Shown here: positions 54,968 through 64,000 of the stretch, piece by piece
Layout: each line of letters begins with the position of its first letter
How positions within the stretch are numbered: the stretch's first letter is position 1
Source: Octopus sinensis
Lineage: Eukaryota
Assembly (NCBI RefSeq): GCF_006345805.1
Contig: NC_043001.1
Location: 96,782,001-96,846,000 of the forward strand
Direction of reading: 5' to 3'
Length of the DNA stretch: 64,000 nt
Translations under genes and position numbers: made by a program
The notes under the pieces: generated by a model
The model's database searches: none
What the model was told of the DNA's origin: nothing
What the model saw: only the letters and a program-made list of their open reading frames with translations

Positions 54968-55867
54968 ATATATTATACATATACACATATATTATAATAA
55001 TATATGTATGTATATATGTATATATACATTATATATATATACATTTATGTATATATATATTATATATATATATTATATATATATATATATATTGCAGAGA
55101 GGTATCTGCATAGCAAGTGATTGATCTGAGACCTGTACTGAAACAAAAACAATTGCATCGTGGAAAGTGTTTATAAGCCACTTAAGCCTGCTCAGAACGT
55201 AAAGACGGATGGAATGCCGCTAAGCATCTTGCTCGGCGTGCTAACGTTTATGCCAGCTCACGGCCTTAAGTTACCCAAATATTGCAAAACTTTTGACTCA
55301 ACACAATAAATAAGTCGTGGTAGGTTGTCTCTTCTTTGATTGCCTGCCAATTTCATAGGAGCGTAAATAAAATGCAAGCTAATACTTTCTTCGTAATTCA
55401 TTAACATTTTTTTAAAATTCCCAGAGTATACGCCTTGTTGAATATTGTTTAAGTATTCTTCCCGCAGATTAAACGCATCACATTCAATTTAATTAACAGA
55501 GAGGAAAAAAAAAACATGGACCAAAAGATCCTTCGTAGGAGAGGGAATGATTTAGAAACTCTGGAATAAACACTTCTGCAAAAACAATCAATACAACAAA
55601 CAATATAACTGAATTGTTTATTTCTGGGGTAGATATATCTCTATGAGTAAAGAAAAATTAAGATAATGCAAGTAGAATATAACTCATCGAATCTGAGTAC
55701 CAATAATTGCGAAGTACTAGATTATTTAAAAGGTATCGATGATATTTTTCTCTCTTTTTAGACTGCTTCATCCTTTCACCATTTTAAAACAGTCTTAACG
55801 TCTTATTGTCTTTTATTTTCTTTTTGTGCATCTGGATTTTAAGTTAAATTTGATTTGTTTTTTTGCC

Positions 55868-55899
<32 letters not shown>

Positions 55900-57342
55900 T
55901 TGCGTATTTCATATTTGTATATATATATATGTTCATATATATAAAATACACATAATAGCTGTATGTATATATATAATGTACATACACTCATATATGTGTG
56001 TATGTATATTTGCATATATATATACATCTGTTTATACTAATACATCTGTTTGTTTTCTACATCACCTGTCTTCGTCTTTTGTTTATTTACGTAAACTTTC
56101 CCCTTATATATATATGTATATAGTGAATGTATAATAAATTTTGATTTTGAAACTACCTTTTATTGTTAATGAAAGTCGACGTTATATTTATTGACTACCA
56201 GGCTATTTTTGACATAATTTCTTCATTAGATAAATTTTGAAAAAAAGCTTAAATATATTTGCATAGTTATATTTTGTGGTAACAAAATTTAATAAAACAA
56301 TTTACATCGTTTGTCGTCAAGGGCATAAAAAAAGTAATTTTGTAATATTTACAATAATTTGGAAATATAAATTATGACATATTTCCGTATTTATTTTCTT
56401 CTACGTTTATTGAATTTTCCTTAACAATTTAGTACAAAATGAATAAAAAAAAATCTGATCTAAATTTTATATCTGGCAGTATACGACTTAAGAAAGATTA
56501 AGCTCAGCTAACTAGTTCTCCATTGAACGAAGGAAAAGGCTTTCTTTATCCTTAATAAAAAAAAAATGTTTTTACTTACTCTGTGAATAAATTCCGCTCA
56601 AGCATAATTTCATATATTTATCGCTGTAGATTTAAAAAAAACGAAATTGTAAGACGATGAATATATGAACGGTATATTGGATTCTAATGATATTTTCAGG
56701 AGAAAAAATTACACGTCTTTAGTGCAATGGAAATTACACAGGATAAATTTGGCGAAAACCTAGTAATTCTTGAGCCTAAAAATCAGGAATGATAGGGAAG
56801 GTTCTTTTCTTCTGGTTTTCCTGAATTATGAAAGTGTTAAATAAATGTGTATATTTGGTTTTGAATGAGGTTTTGAGAAGTAAAATAATCTCAGTCTCCG
56901 GAGGAAGTTTTATGGAAGAAAAAAAAGAGCTGTTTTCTCAAACGAAACATATTCAATTATCATTAGTCTTTGCTAAACATTTGCCGTACTGGAGTAGATA
57001 AGAGTTTTAAAACCATTAGCAGTATAAATAATCTTAACTATATGAAATTTTATCGAAGTATTTATTTCTTGTGGGTAAATAATACCAAACAAGTGAATCG
57101 AAAATAATACGCAGAGGAATGAGTGGGAAGACACATAAAAATGGGATTAATACCTCAGAATATCCCTATCTACTTTTATTAATAATTAAAAGGGAATCAA
57201 CGAAGCCGATTCTAAAGGACAACGTATAAGCATAAAAAAAAGCCTGTATTTCATTTCTTACAGCTTAAGCTGTATAGCATGCATGGTGAAAACATTTAGC
57301 GTCGAGGTTTAAACAAAACCAAGGGAAAGTGTTGTTCTGTTT

Positions 57343-57793
57343 CTTATTTCTTTATTGCCCACAAGGGGCTAAACACAGAGGGGACAAACAGGTACAGACA
57401 AACGGATTAAGTCGATTATATCGACTCCAGTGCGTAACTGGTACATATTTAATCGCTCCCGAAAAGATGAAAGGCAAAGTCTACCTCGGCGGAATTTGAA
57501 CTCAGGACGTAGCGGCAGACGAAATACCTATTTCTTTACTACCCACAAGGGGCTAAATACAGAGAGGACAAACAAGGACAGACAAACGGATTAAGTCGAT
57601 TATATCGACCCCAGTGCGTAACTGGTAATGATTTAAACGACCCGGAAATGATGAAAGGCAAAGTCGACCTCGGTGGAATTTGAACTCAGAACGTAGCGAC
57701 AGACGAATTAACGCTAAGCATTTCGCCCGACGTGCTAACGTTTCTGCTAGCTTGCCGCTTTTGCTAACGTTTCTGCCAGCTCGCCGCCTTATA
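57343..57793 (-). mobile_element. SINE family 2, dimeric copy with duplicated head and 13-bp TSD
   Basis: TGTTGTTCTGTTT at 57330-57342 and 57794-57806. Two bodies and two head segments. Confidence 0.88.
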
Positions 57794-57909
57794 TGTTGTT
57801 CTGTTTGGGCAAATGCAGTGTTAGCGACAATGATATAGATGTGTGCGTGTGTGTGTGTGTGTGTGCGTGCGTGTGTGTGTGCGCGAAAGACTGTCTCTTG
57901 TGATGTTAT

Positions 57910-58100
57910 ATTCTTTTATTCTTTTATTTGGTTGAGTCATTTGAGAGCGGCCATGATGGAGCACCGCTTTGAAGGATTTCAGTCGAACAAATCGACTCCA
58001 GGACTCGTATATTTCAAAGGTAGTACTTATTTTGTCGTGGGACTGAACCCGGTACCATGGGGTTGGGAAGCAAGCTTCTTACTACGCGGTCACTCCTGTA
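57910..58100 (-). mobile_element. SINE family 1, internally deleted
   Basis: The tail (GCGGCCATGATGGAGCACCGC) is joined directly to the head (GTGGGACTGAACCCGG). Confidence 0.7.
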
Positions 58101-59451
58101 TGCTTATTTACGAATGATAGACTTAGTCCTTTCCCTCCTTGACGCGTGTCTCTTTAGCCATATCGGCTCTATTGCAAGCATTGGAGCAAAGTTCCTCACT
58201 TGATCATAACTTCATTCCTATTCACTTGCTATAGTGAGTGGCACCAAGAAGAATGATGAGCGCTAACGATCACAAAAGTACACAGTACTGTAGATTCAAC
58301 GATTATTGCCCTTAATCCTAAGGTCAGTTCTCTCCGTGAGAGATATGCTATAGACAGGTAGCTTATAGAAAGAAAATTATATTTTTCATTTGTCAAAACA
58401 TCAAAGGTCCGAGCAAAAGAGAAAAGAAGAAAATGATAAGTAAAAGGCAGAATCTGTCTTTGACATTTGGGATTTAGAAAGAATTATTTCAGTTTTTTTT
58501 TCTGTTCCGTTAAACGCAATGATTATCCTAATAGAGTCAATCTTATAATAGTTGCTTAATTAATTAGACTAACGAATAAAATTAATTTCATATAAGATGT
58601 AAAGTTAAATGGTCCTACTTCATATTGGAGATTTTGTGTTTTTGTAGTTTTGATTTACACAATCTGCAGTTAATGAAGACGTTTAGATCACATTAATCCA
58701 TATACTATTTTGAGATGTGGGAAATTGTAACTTATACAAATTGATGGAAATTAAACATTCAACACTAATGAGATAAAATGTGCATTACTCGAATATTTTC
58801 ATGACCAAAAGTATCCAGCAACGGATCTTATAATCAAATATATTAACGGTAAATATTAGCTCTTGGAACGTTTCTGCTTGAAGAGAACTAATAAAACAGC
58901 GAATGAAGTAAAACTGAGGTAAAATTATCAAAGTTGCTTTGAGATGAAACACACGCTAACGAAGTCAACCTGTTCTTTTGAACTTCAGAGCTGAATATCC
59001 AGATAAAAATATCAGATGAAAATTCCTTAACACCTGGCACGAAGATAAAAGCGGTTAACCTCTCCGGAACCCAAAAGAAAAACAGAAAATAAACCAAAGC
59101 GAGAAATGTAAAGGAATAAAATTCTCTTCTTGAGAAATGTACCTCCTATCCATAAAAATATCTGAAAATGTTCACACTAGGGGAAAATGTCAGTAAAAAC
59201 TGATAAAGAATACTGCGATCAAAGGATTAATCCCGTCATATATTTTCCTTTAATTCCCAGTGATTTGTGCTGGCGCTATTTTTATTATTACAAACGCACA
59301 CATATTTCACAGATGTTAGCATGTCGATAAAATATGGTGTATGATATGATAGGACATATGTTATGATATGATGCATACATTCACACATCAGCATATGTTC
59401 ACATGCGTATATATATATATATATATATAATATATATATATATGTGTGTGT

Positions 59452-59483
<32 letters not shown>

Positions 59484-59740
59484 TATATATATTTGTATAT
59501 ATATATGTATATATATGTATATATATGTGTGTGTATATATATATATGTATGTATGTATACATATATGCAAGTATATATATTTGTTGTTTATATATGTATG
59601 CATATATATGTATATATATGTATATATATGCATGCATATATACATATATATATGCAAGTATGCATATAAATTTGTTGTTTATATATATGTCTGTATGTAT
59701 ATATAAATATAAATATAATATATATATATATAATATATAT

Positions 59741-59786
<46 letters not shown>

Positions 59787-60272
59787 TATGTATCTGGAGC
59801 TATGTGTGCGTGAGTATGTATATATATATATATATTATATATATATATATATATATATGAGTTACGAAGATCAAAACGAGTGGGATGTCAAGTTTCGCTT
59901 ATCTGCTTCTTCAGGTAGAGTGTTTGAACAAACCAATAAACGAAACTTGAAGTGCTAGTCAAGTTGATCTTCACAATAGATTCGGCTTTGCTCTCAGAAC
60001 GGAGGCACATGATCACTTGGCTTTCTTAAAATTGTCGTAAAATAATCTCACTTTAACACAACACACAAACACACACACACACACACGCGCGCGCACACAC
60101 ATATACACATACATACATATCCCTTGTTAGCCTTGTTAACAAAATGACAATAATACATGCTGGGATATGCAGAAAAGAGTGAAATTAATGTTACTCCAAC
60201 CCTTTTTTGTAGATGACTTAAAGTTATATTGATGCATATATATACACACATAAAAACACACACACTTACTTG

Positions 60273-60693
60273 TTACTTGTTTCAGTCATTTGACTGCGGT
60301 CATGCTGGAGCACCGCCTTTAGTCCGACCCCATGACATATTTTTTGTAAGCCTAGAACTTATTCTATCGGTCTCTTTTGCCGAACCGCTAAGTTACTGGG
60401 ACGCAAACACACCAGCATCGGTTGTCAGGGGACAAACACGGACACACAACACACACACACACAACACACACACACACACCACACACACACACTCACACGC
60501 ACACACACACATATATATATATCCATATATACGACGGGTTTCTTTCAGTTCCCGTCTACCAAATCCACTCACAAAATTTGGGCGGCCCGAGGCTACAGTA
60601 GAAGACACTTGTCTAAGGTGCCACGCAGTGGGACTGAACCCGGAACCATGTGGTTGATAATCAAGGTACTTACCATACAGCCACTCCTGCGTC
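60273..60693 (-). mobile_element. SINE family 1, full length, with internal (TA)n/(TG)n microsatellite
   Basis: Minus strand: tRNA-like head TGGCTGTATGGTAAG and GGTTCAGTCCC, a CORE-like CACCTTAGACAAGTGTCTT, the microsatellite, then the tail shared with 2620-2835. Confidence 0.88.
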
Positions 60694-62503
60694 TATACAT
60701 ATATACGTATATACATATATATATAATATATATATATGTATGTTCGTATGTATGTGTGCATATATCTATGTATGTGTGTGTAGGTACGTATGTGTTTATA
60801 CAGGTACTCCAATCCTGGCGCAGTACATAGCGAATTTGGATAACGCTAAATGTATATTATCCGTTTTTCATTAAGCGTAAATTATTTATTTCATAGTGAA
60901 AAGTAAGCAAAATAGGAGAGATTTAGAAAGACAAGTGAACGCATTCTGACTGGTTTCAGGTTTTATTAGTAATTCGTCAGTAAATGACTAAACTGCTGTT
61001 ATTCACAGAGATAATTCATTAGCTATTGATTTGTCCTCAGAGATTAAGAATCAGCTAGTTTGAGTAGTTTTATTTGTAGAACAATATACACCTGGAACAC
61101 GTTGCTTAATTAATTGATCTATAAGTGCAATTAATTGCAATTTTGGTTGATTTGCGCTGTTAGAAATATTCGGAAAACTTTTGCGCCGCTGTGGAAAGAA
61201 ACAAAGGTGGCTAATCCAGGATTTTATATCTTGGATACTGATAAAACTGATGCAATCTAACTTGATGCTTGCTTTATTTCTCTTCAGTCGAAGGAAGAAT
61301 TCTCATCTCTCTACAGAAATATTAATAGATTAATATATCACTGTTATCTGTATATTATGCAATCTCAGCTAAACTGCATCAGATTGCCAGCACTGAAAAT
61401 GAGATTTAATTCATGAATTTACAGCTCACCATACAACGTTTGAGGCTAATCTGAAGTATATACGCTCGAAAGTGTTCAATAATTCGTCGTACAGTAGGCA
61501 CAACGCCTAAAATCTAGTAGTGTAGGATCTTCAATGACATCAACATTAGTTCTTAATTGTTACTTATTTTATCGATCCTTAAACGATGAAATGTAAAGTC
61601 AACCTCGAAGCGAGAAATGCCGCTAATCTTTTTTGTTTCCGAAGGTCTAACGACAATGTCATCTTATCGCTTGCACATTTTTTTGATAATGATAACACTT
61701 TAGACTAAGATGTGAAATTTAAACAAAATGACAACAGTATATTCTTTATTTCTTTTCCGTGTTGATAGAAAAATATGAGCTCCAAGAGAATAGCTTGTAG
61801 TCCTCTGATATTTTCATCAGAGACTGAATACCCAACATAAGTACCGTTAGCGCCAAGCTGGTAATAGTTATACATCATAGTGAATACTGGACTCTGATTT
61901 AGCTCAATATTTCAGTGTCATTTAATTTATAGTGAATGCGCTGACAATTAATGTTAGTGTATCCACTGTTCAAGTAATTCATTTTGTATCAATCAGTTCG
62001 CTGAGGCTAAATTTCTATGATCCTTAAAAAAGATATAACTTACATTTAAGATTATGCAGAAACGCTGTGCTGTGTCATACTTTGTGAATGCAGTAATTAA
62101 TTCACGTTGTCAATGCATTCAGTTTTATGCAAATTACATCGACCTGCTCCTAAACAATATAATTAGCTTTAAGCTAATAATCTCTTCTTGTAAAGAAGGG
62201 TAATCTTTGCTACAGGTTTAAGAAAACTAAAATTTAGTGAGATCGCTTCAAATTTTATTATCAATGGAGAGATTAACCAATGGTTTCACAATTTTCTGTG
62301 CATTTCATGGCGAGTATAGAAAGTTTATTAAAATGGAGGTACATAATGATTGATCAGGAAAATGTGCCAAACTCTAAACATGACGGTAAACTTCAAGACA
62401 AAAAAGCCAATCTACACTATATGGAAAGTATTATATCGATTTCTTAGGAAATGTTGTACTTAAGATAGCGATTTGATTACGAAAAAAGCATTAAGGATAC
62501 ACA

Positions 62504-62912
62504 TCTCTCATAATAAATACGAAATTCCATCTGTCTGCCCGTCCGAAAGGGACCCCTGTATCTCAATCGGTAATTGCTCTACATAGATATATTATACCTT
62601 TCTGGAATCAAGATGTTCTCGGGATTGAAAATCTGCCCTTCATTTAGTTTTTGAACATCCAGCATTGGGATCAGATGTCGATGAGTATTCGTTATATGCT
62701 AACAGTTAAAAATTCAAATTTTTAAAGGACTCCAAAAATTTATGAATTTCCAAGCTTTTCATTTAAACTGAAGTAATACCACATTCGTAGGGTGATACCG
62801 CATTTGTATACGCTTTATTATTATTGCTCTTTTGAGTTTTGGGCCGCAGGCTCAATTAGCCTTCTACAATAGCTAGAGCAGAAATCCGCACGGAGTGAGG
62901 CTTTTGAGCTAG
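62504..62912 (+). mobile_element. Complete non-autonomous Helitron (409 bp)
   Basis: A|TC start at 62504, subterminal hairpin CCGCAC-GGA-GTGAGG (62886-62900), CTAG|T end at 62909-62912, no TSD. Confidence 0.75.
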
Positions 62913-64000
62913 TAAGGGAATAAAATTATCCTGTTTTGGAATATTAGTTGGATGTATATAAGTGATTTTCTGAATATCTCAGCGTGCTATATCTATCTTG
63001 AGTAAGAATATAACCCTCTTGCACAAAATAGCTGATTAATGTTTTTGATGAGAATAATCTGACTGAACAGACCAATGTTCAAATCTTTCAAAATGAAGGT
63101 ACATTTCAAGACACAAATTAACAATTAATTCCTCTGCTTTACTTGTTCAACTGAAGGCTTTACAACTATCTAGCTAATTAAAGCAGGTAAGAGGACGTTT
63201 CCATAGACATCCATAGGGGGGGGGGGGCAGCTGTTGCAAGGAAAAATAGTTGCTGAGTTATGAACTCTGCCGAAACTAAGGAAACTGCCATAACACTGAA
63301 ATCAATAAATTTGATGCCTACGAGACTAGATTTCATTCAGTTTTGTACGATTTGGGAATGGAATTGTGACTGGCAAGAGCATTTCCAATTAAATATTTAG
63401 TATTTAATTAGTACTTAAGCTTTATAAAAATTTAACATAATTCACAAATCTGTCCTAATATTCACAGCTTATTCTATACATAACTTGCTCCGTATATCTG
63501 TAAATAACACTTTAGTACATTTTACTAACCTGCTGCGTTTTTCCATGACCTTTCATAATTTTAGCTCTTCTTCCATATTGTCCATCTGTGACTACCCTTA
63601 TATTGTCTATCAAAACAACAAATCAGCATTTTACTTACATTTCCTGCTTGTCACATAACCTACGTCCTCCTGTATATACGTCTCATTCTTATGAAGTACA
63701 CGTGTCTTCGACCAACGTTCCTCACACTTCATTTCTATGCTGTAATCCATATCAATTCTTACTCCTTCTATTTGCATTTGAGCCACGTACTGATCGCATT
63801 TACGCATCGAAGAGATTTTAATATCAATATAACATAATAAATATTCCTCTAATTTATTTATTTATTTATTCATTTATTACCCATTTCTCCATTAATATCG
63901 CATATTCCTCTCTTCATATGTTAACAAATTTTATACATTTATTCATTTCAACGTTTCTCCAACCTAATGTTTCAGTCTTAATCCTAACGTTTCTTTATGT

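Noticed and set aside
58860-59170. Unique-looking stretch as a possible host exon
   Set aside because: The frames I translated close within about 70 codons and show no recognisable motif. It would need RNA-seq support.
63202-63230. CATAGACATCCATAG followed by a 12-G run, resembling a DNA-transposon terminus
   Set aside because: No matching opposite terminus is visible in the window.

Overview
AT-rich eukaryotic non-coding DNA, most likely from a coleoid cephalopod (Octopus-like). That inference rests on the extreme microsatellite density, the tRNA-derived SINE families with internal microsatellites and the (TTAGGG)n repeats. I found no credible host protein-coding exon. Almost all ORFs in the supplied track are translations of (TA)n, (TATG)n, (TCTA)n, (ATT)n or (TAG)n arrays. 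The window is a mosaic of decayed mobile elements: several SINE families (some with clear TSDs), R4/Dong-type, RTE, CR1/L2-like and Tx1-like LINE fragments, two mariner remnants, a Tc1 remnant, a mariner MITE, Helitron- and Helentron-type non-autonomous elements, a Penelope-like (GIY-YIG) remnant, a probable solo LTR and a ~480-bp interstitial telomeric array. The most notable signal is about ten minimal hammerhead-ribozyme-like motifs, found by eye, all with a (near-)palindromic stem III. They sit in (i) short fixed-end ~190-bp elements embedded in (TA)n, (ii) a ~540-bp tandem unit, (iii) a spacer-less 477-bp palindrome and (iv) the inverted repeats of the Penelope remnant. Several have non-canonical catalytic cores shared between copies. 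Other points of interest are a 197-bp inverted templated insertion into a dead LINE, a bipartite RTE-derived element with a structured 5' motif, and (TAA)n-targeted retroelements. Coordinates were read by hand and element boundaries are approximate unless a TSD or TIR is quoted.
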